Assembly (NCBI GenBank): GCA_036511575.1
Contig: DATCCA010000149.1
Coordinates: 1-52,633, forward strand
Direction of reading: 5' to 3'
DNA from: Acidimicrobiales bacterium
GTDB taxonomy: Bacteria > Actinomycetota > Acidimicrobiia > Acidimicrobiales > RAAP-2
Length of the DNA stretch: 52,633 bases
Shown one piece after another: positions 20,101 through 27,905 of this stretch (the stretch's first letter is position 1; every line of letters begins with the position of its first letter). The notes beneath the pieces were generated by a model. The model saw only the letters and a list, made by a program, of their open reading frames with translations. It had not been told where the DNA came from and searched no databases. The position numbers and the translations under genes were made by a program.

Positions 20101-20588
20101 ACCGACATTTCGCGAAGCCGATCGTGGTTCGCATCGATAACACGTTCAGCGATTCAGAACTCATGTTGATCGACTTTATTCTGAGTGCGTCCGGCGTCAC
20201 TTTGATGTACAGCGCCGCGTCACCGGTCGACGTCTTTGGCGACCCGACAATCGAAAGCGTCGAACAGTTGATCGCGCGCGCGGGATCCATTGGTCGAGTT
20301 CGCTGGCTCTCGGGCGAGGTGGCGCCTACGGTAGAACTGCTCGAACGAGGTGTGACCGTTGACCGTCGATCGATTGCACAGCGCGGCGACATTGAAATGC
20401 CGCGTTGGCTGCTCGAACAGAGTGTCGCGATCACCCACCATCGCTACGGCAACGTCAACGCCGGTCCCAAACCGCACTGTCCCGGCCTCGGCGAAGGTCT
20501 GTCAGTGCTCCAAAGCCAGGTCTTCCTCACGGCGGTGTCGAACTTTGGCGACCATCGTCGGATGCTGCGTCGGCATCATCGCCGCTAA
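17121..20588 (+). CDS. putA: Bifunctional proline dehydrogenase / P5C dehydrogenase
   Basis: PRODH motifs (LDMEEY, LQAYL, RLVKGAN, YLVRRLDEN) plus ALDH motifs (PWNFP, ETSGKN, GQKCSA, QPFGG). Confidence 0.95.
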   Translation: MSILPTDATIDPLAEGSVARVHALLLESDALRTREEVASRRRFARLFKDPTAIEVTITLTDEVMRIHSLRRSINIYRGAAAKASVEGFGRVNAFGLKLLAASSRIAPSLVIATVARRIRKYSRDLILPAETEALRRHLRLRARDGIAMNINVLGEAVLGDSEADERLERVLEMMRRPEINYVSVKLSSVVSQIITVDREGSLDRVAQRMRSLYREAKRHGAFVNLDMEEYRDLALTIGAFKSVLSEQEFESFDAGVVLQAYLPESHATFADLVSWATARFNRSGGTIKVRLVKGANLAMETTEAELHGWSAAPYRSKAEVDASYARLIDVALRREHAKAVRIGLASHNLFHLSWALDVAAARGLLDQIDVEMLEGMANAESLAIARTGQKVLLYAPVTRADDFASAVAYLVRRLDENTSDENYLKAAFDIGSDERRFSQQRDRFMASVTQRHVVSTESLRHGAPVTLGATAFANAANYDTTLPHACDDITRAFRIARSLPNELLPLVIDGEERLSTEFEIGRDPSDEGAPWYRYCVADVDQIDDAVRSAADARSSWSELSIEERRAILYRCADVMESERIATTAVMARDAGKTQAEADPEVSEGVDFARFYSSSISDLTDSTPVGTVVVVPPWNFPYAIPSGGVFAALAAGNAVILKPAPETVATAWQLVRQLWAGGVPKNILQFVPTRDDDAGRHLVTHDDVDAVILTGSFDTALMFSRWRPAINLLAETSGKNSILISACADIEMAVRDVVQSAFGHAGQKCSAASLVVVVRDVYEDPAFLRQLGDAVRSLRVGPGWELSTSVGPIIRRAEPQLERALHQLEPGESWFVTPEMQDDAGLQWSPGVKLGVRPGSWSHQHEWFGPVLGVMVAPDFATAIDWQNRTDFGLTSGIQSLDESECEEWMQRVQAGNLYVNRGITGAVVNRQPFGGWRRSSVGPTAKAGGHNYVDCLRDWSSLSDPMSAVRQAEIWWEETGRQAIDGSGLLVEKNIQRYRHFAKPIVVRIDNTFSDSELMLIDFILSASGVTLMYSAASPVDVFGDPTIESVEQLIARAGSIGRVRWLSGEVAPTVELLERGVTVDRRSIAQRGDIEMPRWLLEQSVAITHHRYGNVNAGPKPHCPGLGEGLSVLQSQVFLTAVSNFGDHRRMLRRHHRR

Positions 20589-22037
20589 CAGAGCGCGAAT
20601 ACTGGCAGTCGCGAAGTTGATTCGACAGTCCGCGACGCCATACGGGATGACGAGCAGGTCGCCGTGTGCCATGGCACCGCACGTATAGACCACATTCGGC
20701 ACGTAGCCGTCCTGCTCTTCCCCGTCGGCAATGATCAACGGGTCCTTGAGGGCCCCGATCATCTTCGTCGGATCGTTGAGATCGAGGAGCACCGCACCAA
20801 TGCTGTAGGTGCGCATCGGACCGACCGCGTGCGTGAGCACCAGCCAGCCCTCGGCTGTCTCGATAGGTGAGCCGCAGTTACCGAGCTGGATTACCTCCCA
20901 GTCCCACTCAGGCATCTGGAACGTCACGGCCCTTCCCCAATGGCCGAGCGTGTCCGAGAAGCACACAGCGTTGGTCTCACGGTCGTATCTCGTGAGTGCG
21001 GCAAAGTGTCCATCGATCTTGCGCGGAAAGAGGGCCAGTCCTTTGTTGAGTGAGGCGGCGCCGACGACCGGCGAGGCATCAAAGGAGATGAAGTCGTCGG
21101 TGCGAAGCAGTTGTTGTGAAATGTGCGTTCCGTCGAAGGCCGTGTACGTCGCGAGGTACGTGGTGGAACCGTCAGTCTCAGTGAACCTCACGAAGCGTGC
21201 GTCTTCCATCCCGTGGGCTTCGGCCGACATGACGGGCCACAGGACCCGTTCGGAGATGTCGATGTCGTCGTCGAAGTACACGCCGTAACTACAAGCGGCA
21301 ATTGCCCGGTGCTGGCGGGCAATGGTGTGCGCGTCTTGACGAGTGTCGAACTCGCTCACCAGGATCTCGAGTCGCGCTTCGAGTTCTTCGATTGAGAAGA
21401 CGAGCGGAAGTTCGTCGAGCACGTACGCGGCACTCTCACCGTCTTGGCCCATGGCCTTTAAACGCGCGTGGAACACGTCGCGATGGAAAATACCGTCGCG
21501 TGCCATTCCGATCATTGGGTACGGCTCGCGCTCATCAAGCGTGATAGCACCGTCCGCGGTCACCAGACCGGTGCGAAAGCCAATGCTCGATCGGTGACCT
21601 TCGCCCACTGCGCGGAAACTGAGAATAAAGCGGACGGAGCCAGCGGGCACGCCGGTCTGGTCGGGGTGCGCCACCATGCTCGGATTACAGACCGCGGCCG
21701 CCTCGAGCGAGTATTCGTGCGTGAACGAGGCGCCCAAGAGGAGCCAACGTTCTTCACTCAGGTCCATGTTGGGGTCCAGACGGTTACTGACCCGTTCAGC
21801 GTGCTGGGCGAAGATAGCGACGATATCGCGGTGGCGACGCGCGAAACGCTGAATGATCTCCTTCAGTCGACGCCGGACGTCAGCCTCGGGCAACGCCACG
21901 ATTCGCTTGACGACGCTCGATGCGCGTGACTCGGCGCCACCGAGTTCCTGACCGGCGACGAATAGTAGGGCGACAACCCGTGACGGATCCGAAACAATAT
22001 GGAGATCGGCGCGGGACGCGAGGGGCTCATTCTTCAT
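20502..22037 (-). CDS. GH130 glycosidase/phosphorylase with N-terminal extension
   Basis: GMEDARF, TYTAFDG, NKGLALFPRKI, GNCGSP and GYVPNVVY motifs. Confidence 0.85.
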   Translation of the reverse strand: MKNEPLASRADLHIVSDPSRVVALLFVAGQELGGAESRASSVVKRIVALPEADVRRRLKEIIQRFARRHRDIVAIFAQHAERVSNRLDPNMDLSEERWLLLGASFTHEYSLEAAAVCNPSMVAHPDQTGVPAGSVRFILSFRAVGEGHRSSIGFRTGLVTADGAITLDEREPYPMIGMARDGIFHRDVFHARLKAMGQDGESAAYVLDELPLVFSIEELEARLEILVSEFDTRQDAHTIARQHRAIAACSYGVYFDDDIDISERVLWPVMSAEAHGMEDARFVRFTETDGSTTYLATYTAFDGTHISQQLLRTDDFISFDASPVVGAASLNKGLALFPRKIDGHFAALTRYDRETNAVCFSDTLGHWGRAVTFQMPEWDWEVIQLGNCGSPIETAEGWLVLTHAVGPMRTYSIGAVLLDLNDPTKMIGALKDPLIIADGEEQDGYVPNVVYTCGAMAHGDLLVIPYGVADCRINFATASIRALLAAMMPTQHPTMVAKVRHRREEDLALEH

Positions 22038-23044
22038 GTAGATACAGTTTGGTGCGTAAATGCCTGCTGTCGGGTCGATACCAGCGCCAAAGTTGATTCG
22101 GCGCCTTCATTCTGGTTCGCCACGTCAGGGTGCAGTCCGTCATATCCACCGCCCGTCGCGGGGTCCCACATGATGACATGGGCGTCATTTTCCCCATCAA
22201 ACCACGCGTTGGCCATGCGAATTGCTTCAAACCACTTGCGAGAATCGTCCACCGTGATGGCGCGCGCGCAGGCGTCGGCCATCGTCGAAACCTCAATGGG
22301 CTGTTGGTCAAAGCCCGGTCCGACGTCATTAGGACCCGTGCCCGCAGCGCGGGTAACTGAAAGATGACCGTCAAGGGTCTCGCGCTCCAAGAGCCATCCA
22401 AGTAACGAAAGGCCACTGTCCACGAGTTCCGGCCGCTCCAATGCGGCACCGGTGGCGATCATCGCGTCGGGCAGGAGGGCATTCGCGTACCAGAGTCGCT
22501 CTTCGGGCCAGGGCCACGCGGGATTATCGTTCGCCGCGGGTAGTACGTCGGCGGCAGCGCGCAGCAGTCCGAGCGCGACTGCGTTGGTTGGGTCGACCTG
22601 GGTGATGGCCGCGGCGCCCAAAACGGCGAAGGCCATGGAGCGCGGATACTGCGACCGCAAAACGGCGCTGCGTTCGAACAACGTGTGAGCGGCGCCGGAG
22701 ATAGAGAACTGCGCGCTCGCAGCCGCCGTTCCAAGGCCCCAGAGGCTGCGCCCCCAACAGTCTTCGGTGCACCAATCGCTTGACCACGTTCCGTCGGCGT
22801 CGCGCCGATTTCGGATGTCGCCCCGAGTGCCCATCGAATCGGAGATGAAGGCCAGCGAACCCTGCGCCAGCGAGCGAACTGCTTCGTTCGGACGTGGCTC
22901 GCGCGCACTGACGACGAGTACCCGCGCCACGTCGTCGACGCAGTAGCCGTGCTCGCGTCGCGGAACAGTGTGCTCGGCGTGTTCAAACGTGCCGATGCGA
23001 TCGGTCATCGCGACCAAATGGTCAAATCGAGATGCGTCGGTCAT
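22034..23044 (-). CDS. Six-hairpin glycosidase-like protein associated with GT4
   Basis: GYCVDDVAR, EDCWGR, WPWPE..L.YANA, FDQQPIE and N.GAEST motifs; ATGA overlaps on both sides. Confidence 0.75.
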   Translation of the reverse strand: MTDASRFDHLVAMTDRIGTFEHAEHTVPRREHGYCVDDVARVLVVSAREPRPNEAVRSLAQGSLAFISDSMGTRGDIRNRRDADGTWSSDWCTEDCWGRSLWGLGTAAASAQFSISGAAHTLFERSAVLRSQYPRSMAFAVLGAAAITQVDPTNAVALGLLRAAADVLPAANDNPAWPWPEERLWYANALLPDAMIATGAALERPELVDSGLSLLGWLLERETLDGHLSVTRAAGTGPNDVGPGFDQQPIEVSTMADACARAITVDDSRKWFEAIRMANAWFDGENDAHVIMWDPATGGGYDGLHPDVANQNEGAESTLALVSTRQQAFTHQTVST

Positions 23045-24177
23045 CGAGCGGCCGAGACCGGCGCTCTCTTGTTGAGCAACTCTTCGCCGAGCAGCGCGTA
23101 ACGAGACGCGATGTGCGGCCACGCGAGTTCGGGCGCCAATCGACGGGCCTCCGCGGCCATCTTCTGCGCGAGTCCTGGCGTCGTGAGGACAGTGCGAATC
23201 GCTTCGGCCAGTGCGGTGGGGTCTTGGCGCGGTACGACGATGCCCGCGCCGGTCGAGAGTAGTTCCACGGCGTGAGGGAACGCAGTGGCGATCACCGGTC
23301 GACCGGCGGCGATGGCGTCCACGAGCACGCCCGAAGTGACCTGGTCCGGTGAGTCATACGGGAGGATCACAATCGAGGCCTCACCGATCAAGCGAGCCAG
23401 CGACGGAAGTGATCGGTACTCGGGGTCGAATTCGACGTCGACCTTGCGATTCTTCGCGCGCTGAATCAGCATGTTGCGATAGACGTCACCCTCGTATTCA
23501 TAGACCTTGGGGTGGGTGTTGCCGGCGACGATGTATTTCACTCGAGGTTTTAGATCGCGAAGTTGTGCCAGAGCGTCGATGGCCCACTCGATTCCCTTGC
23601 CGGGTCCGAGGAGTCCCCACGTCAAAAGTCGAGGTTGTGCGTTGGACGCTTCGAGTCGCACCGCGTCCGATACCGCGGCACCGTGAGGGATCACTGAGAT
23701 CTTGCGTTTGTCAACGTCGAAGCTATTGCAGAGCCTCTGTCGTCCCGCCTCGGTCATGACGACGACGGCGTCGGCGGCGCGCACGACCGCTTCGAGGACG
23801 AGTCGCTGGTGCTGTGTTGGATTCTCAAGGATGGTGTGGGCCACCACGATGGTCGGTCGATCAATCTCTTCCAGGACGCCAACGATGTCCTCTCCGTCGG
23901 GACCGTCGTAGATCCCGTACTCGTGCTGGACAATGACGACGTCAGCGCGATTTAGTTCGTTGCGCGCCGCAATTGTCAACTCACCGCGTTGGCCCGTCAA
24001 CTCCGCGACAACGATCTCTCTCGGCGGATCGTTCTCTCCGCCGACGCGCACGATGCCGACGTCATCGCCGAGTTCGTAGAGGCCGCCCGAGAGCGCGGCG
24101 GCGAACGTCGCAATGCCGCACTGCGTTGGCGGATATGTCGAAATCATCGCGTAGTCGCGCGTGCGATGCTCACTCAT
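23041..24177 (-). CDS. GT4 glycosyltransferase (mannosyltransferase-like)
   Basis: TYPPTQCGIATF, QHEYGIY, GLLGPGKGIE and QVTSGVL motifs. Start is uncertain (24177, 24183 or 24228). Confidence 0.88.
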   Translation of the reverse strand: MSEHRTRDYAMISTYPPTQCGIATFAAALSGGLYELGDDVGIVRVGGENDPPREIVVAELTGQRGELTIAARNELNRADVVIVQHEYGIYDGPDGEDIVGVLEEIDRPTIVVAHTILENPTQHQRLVLEAVVRAADAVVVMTEAGRQRLCNSFDVDKRKISVIPHGAAVSDAVRLEASNAQPRLLTWGLLGPGKGIEWAIDALAQLRDLKPRVKYIVAGNTHPKVYEYEGDVYRNMLIQRAKNRKVDVEFDPEYRSLPSLARLIGEASIVILPYDSPDQVTSGVLVDAIAAGRPVIATAFPHAVELLSTGAGIVVPRQDPTALAEAIRTVLTTPGLAQKMAAEARRLAPELAWPHIASRYALLGEELLNKRAPVSAAR

Positions 24178-24187
24178 CGGCATCTCT

Positions 24188-24448
24188 TCAAACAAGGTGA
24201 TCTCCCGCGGCAGGGTTACGATCGACATCACGTGACAATGAGTACGTCGTCGTCTTGTGATTCGCGAACACTCGATTGCGCACGAAGGTTGTCGCGGCCG
24301 CGACCGACGCGAGGGCCACCGTGCGAACAATGCGCCCGCGGCGCGAGAGTAATTTAAGAAGAATCGTCGAACCAATGGCCACTGCCAGACCGGCGCCGAC
24401 GTCCGAGAGGTCCTTTTTGACGATCTCACTGCTTGCGCGTCGCGTCAC
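24188..24448 (-). CDS. Small hypothetical membrane-associated protein
   Basis: GGAGGAGGA SD before GTG; two hydrophobic stretches; ends a few nt before the GT4 start. Confidence 0.6.
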   Translation of the reverse strand: MTRRASSEIVKKDLSDVGAGLAVAIGSTILLKLLSRRGRIVRTVALASVAAATTFVRNRVFANHKTTTYSLSRDVDRNPAAGDHLV

Positions 24449-24734
24449 GGTCGTCCTCCTCCTCCATCTTCGCTGGGCTCACCCAGAGTCACTTCGCGCC
24501 TCTGTCGAGTAAATCGACGGTGACGCGCCGTCACAACTGCGAGCCGTCGGGTCCAACCGGAGTCTGACAAAAACGTCGTCGACCGCCGGGACTGGCGCCT
24601 CAGATGAGCTGGCAGCCTCTTTGACTTCCTCTTCCAACTTACCGGTTTCGGGCGGCACTGGTCTCGAACTGACGTTGGGCTCGCAACGCGCGGCACTTTT
24701 GAAAGAACAGTGATCACAGGCTCATCACTTCACA

Positions 24735-24750
24735 TGTGAGCAAGGTCACA
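24735..24750. promoter_or_regulatory. CRP/GlxR-type binding site
   Basis: TGTGA-GCAAGG-TCACA, an exact TGTGA-N6-TCACA match in a divergent intergenic region. Confidence 0.7.
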
Positions 24751-24916
24751 CATGCAATTCACACAGGATTCACAATGTCATTCGGAAAAGTTCGAAAACG
24801 AGGGCTTTTCCCTACACTGAAGTTGGAGTTCGCAACCATCGGGTTCACACGCGTGCCAGTTAACGCGGCGAGATTTGTCCGCTCGCGACAAAGAGTCAGC
24901 TACCGGGAGCCACACG

Positions 24917-25405
24917 ATGACATCAGAAACGACACCCACCCCTGCCTCAACTCCGACAGGGCCGGATGAGGCACCCGAAAACATGCGACCGAGCAAAGTG
25001 ATCTCGCGAAAAACGTCGCAACTACCAACGCTCAGTAAGGTCATCTACCACGTGGATCACTACACGTCGATGTCAATCGTGGTTATGGCGTTCTTCGCTG
25101 CACTCATTGCGATGCTGATTCTTGGTGCAATTCTCGGCTATCCCAGCTCTTGGGTCGTCTCCTTTGAAGTCGCCGTTTCTTCGATCACGCTCCTCATGGT
25201 TTTCACGATTCAGCACACGCAGGGCCGCGAACAGGAAGCCACGCAACGAAAACTTGACGAACTGTTACTCGCCACTCCCGGCGCCGCAGAGTCGTTGGTA
25301 CTGCTGGAAGAGGCGCCAAAGGAGTTCATGATTGAGGTTGGAGAGAACCAGCGAGGGGTACGCGCTGACCTCGTTGACGACGACGAGACGTCGAGTTCGA
25401 GCTAA
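24917..25405 (+). CDS. Low-affinity iron permease (Fet4-like) family protein
   Basis: Two TM helices followed by IQHTQGRE..A.Q.KLDELL. Confidence 0.8.
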   Translation: MTSETTPTPASTPTGPDEAPENMRPSKVISRKTSQLPTLSKVIYHVDHYTSMSIVVMAFFAALIAMLILGAILGYPSSWVVSFEVAVSSITLLMVFTIQHTQGREQEATQRKLDELLLATPGAAESLVLLEEAPKEFMIEVGENQRGVRADLVDDDETSSSS

Positions 25406-26220
25406 TCCGATTTACCCGCTGCCGCCACGCGGGGCGCAAAGTTTTCCGTTCCGGTAAGTCGCGCGGCGATCAGAATGGGAATGAACATCAAGATGACGAC
25501 CATCGTCACCACCACATTCACCTCGGGAAGTTGTTGACCGAGGCGGATCGCGCCAAAAATCCAAATCGGCAGCGTGTTCTGCGCGCCGGCAGTAAAGGTC
25601 GTCACAATAACTTCGTCAAAACTAAGTGCGAAGGCGAGGAGCGCTCCCGACACCAGCGCGGTGGCGATGGTCGGAAAGGTGACCAAGCGAAATGTCTGCA
25701 CCGTATTCGCACCGAGATCGGCCGACGCCTCAAGGAGTGTGTTCGATGTCCTTCGCAGTCGGGCGATGACGTTGTTGTAAATCACGACAATGCAGAACGT
25801 CGTGTGGCCAACGATGATCGTCCAAATCGACAACGTGATGCCGGCCCACTGGAACGCTGAGTTCAGAGCGACGCCAGTAATGATGCCCGGGAGGGCGAGC
25901 GGCAAGATCAACAGCAGCGAGATCGAGTCACGACCGAAGAACCGCGCTTTGTGCACGCCAAAGGCCGCCACCGAACCGAGGACCAGTGAGAGCGCCGTCG
26001 CGACGACCGCCGCCTTGATTGAGAGGACGAACGCCGAACGTACTTGCGGGTCATTCCAGGCAACTGAGTACCAGTGCGTTGTCCAGTGTTGAATTGGCCA
26101 GGTCTCCACGTTGGACCTGTCGAAGCCGAAGAGGATGATCGTGACGATTGGTGCAAAGAGGAAGAAGAGCACGGCCCACACCCAGAGCCACAGACCGAGT
26201 CGCGAGAGCCGAGATCGCAT
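25402..26220 (-). CDS. Polyamine ABC transporter permease (PotC/YdcV-like)
   Basis: EASADLGA EAA loop, SFDEVIVT and TLPIWI motifs. Confidence 0.9.
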   Translation of the reverse strand: MRSRLSRLGLWLWVWAVLFFLFAPIVTIILFGFDRSNVETWPIQHWTTHWYSVAWNDPQVRSAFVLSIKAAVVATALSLVLGSVAAFGVHKARFFGRDSISLLLILPLALPGIITGVALNSAFQWAGITLSIWTIIVGHTTFCIVVIYNNVIARLRRTSNTLLEASADLGANTVQTFRLVTFPTIATALVSGALLAFALSFDEVIVTTFTAGAQNTLPIWIFGAIRLGQQLPEVNVVVTMVVILMFIPILIAARLTGTENFAPRVAAAGKSD

Positions 26221-27386
26221 CAGAGCGCCTCAAAGGCGCCGAGACGCTTCGCGATGGTCAGGTAGACAATCATGATGACGATAGGCACCGTCGAGAGTGC
26301 CGCGGCAAGCGGAAGGTTGCCGCCCGTCAGCAGGTTCTCATAGATCGCATTGCCGATCAGTGTCGAATTCGATCCACCAATCAAAAGTGGCGTGACGTAG
26401 TCACCCAACGTCAGTGAGAACGTGAAGATCGATCCGGCGAGCAGACCGGGAAGCGCCAGTGGGAGGATGACCCTTCGAAACGTTGACCACGATGAACCAC
26501 CGAGATCGGCCGAAGCATCCAGCAACGACGCGGGGATTCTTTCCAACGATCCGTAGATCGGCACAATCATGTACGGCAGCCAGATGTAGCAGAACGCAAT
26601 CCACATCGCGCCGTTCGTGAAGCCGAGATTGGGGTCGGGAAGACCCAGTTTGGAGAAGGTCCAGTTGAGCGCGCCACCCTTCTCAAGAATTGATATCCAC
26701 GCGTAGACCTTGGCTAGGTAACTGGCCCACAGCGGCAGCAGCACCGCTCCGAGAAGGATTCGCTGTGTTCGCTGCGTCGCGACGCGCGCCATCACGTAGG
26801 CGAAAGGGAACGCGACGATGGCGTCGGTCAACGTCACGAGAACTGCCAACAGCACCGTGCGCCAAATGATGGTGACGTAGGCACCCGCACCGAGTGGCTC
26901 GTCGAGCAGGAGCACGCTGGGTTCATTGACAATCGCTCGGGCGAGTGCGACTCGTTGACGTTGTCCACCCGAAAGTTGCGCCGGGCGACGTTCACTAAAT
27001 CCTTCGAGACGCACCATTGTCAGTGCTGCGTTGGCCCGCTCTCGGCGCACGCCCCGCTTCACCCCAGCAACACGCAGGCCGTATTCGACGTTCGTGACGA
27101 CGTCCATGTGCGGAAAGAGGGCGTAGTCTTGAAAGACCGTGTTAACCGGGCGCAGGTGCGCCGGACGTTGCGTCACCTCCTCGCCGTGCAACAGGATCTC
27201 GCCACGGTCGGGCGTTTCGAAACCGGCGACCATTCGCAACAGCGTCGTCTTGCCAGAGCCCGACGGCCCGAGCATCGTAAAGAACTCGCCATCGAAAACT
27301 TCGAGGTTGATGTCGTGCAGCACGGTCGTAGGACCAAATGACTTGGCGACGCCTCGAATGTCGATCGCCGGCTGGTTCGTCATCAT
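26220..27386 (-). pseudogene. In-frame chimera: truncated PotA-like ATPase fused to N-terminally truncated PotB-like permease
   Basis: Walker [23 protein letters not shown] and LLLDEPLGA run directly into [10 protein letters not shown], the permease body ([14 protein letters not shown]). The D-loop end, H-switch and TOBE region are absent. Confidence 0.75.
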
Positions 27387-27481
27387 TCCCCTTACGTCGC
27401 AGCGCGACATCCGAGTATCACGGTACACGCGCTACGCTCCGTTTATCTATGGCCTTGATGGCCAAACCTCGAGGGTGGTCG

Positions 27482-27679
27482 ATGTCAAAAGTTCCTGATT
27501 TTCACTCAACCGGCACCGAAGACGTCGACGAACTCGTGTACCACAATCAGTCAAACTGCCCAGTAGGCCAAGAACTTCATAGGCGCGGTACCGCGGCGGT
27601 CGGCCAGGGCTACTTTCGTACACTCTGCATCAAGTGCAAAGCCATTGCCGATGGCTATGAAGCCAATCGTCCCCTGTAG
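27482..27679 (+). CDS. 65-aa His/Cys microprotein, putative metal-binding
   Basis: GAGGGTGG SD before ATG 27482; YHNQSNC...LCIKC motif; free-standing in intergenic space. Confidence 0.6.
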   Translation: MSKVPDFHSTGTEDVDELVYHNQSNCPVGQELHRRGTAAVGQGYFRTLCIKCKAIADGYEANRPL

Positions 27680-27905
27680 CGCTGAAGGTCGCGGCGAACC
27701 GAATGTGACGTCCCTGTTCACTTCGTCGTGATCGAAGTAAGAATTTGCTAAAGGCTCTGCACGTACGGGTTCGCGCCCACCGCCGCGATTTCGCGCTTAC
27801 TTATACTGAGTGGACGTCAGGGTTCCATCCGCGCACCGTCATCACTTCGAAGAAATGGTTCGGTCGAATGTTATTTACGAGGTTCTAGCCAGTGGAGTAC
27901 TGCCA

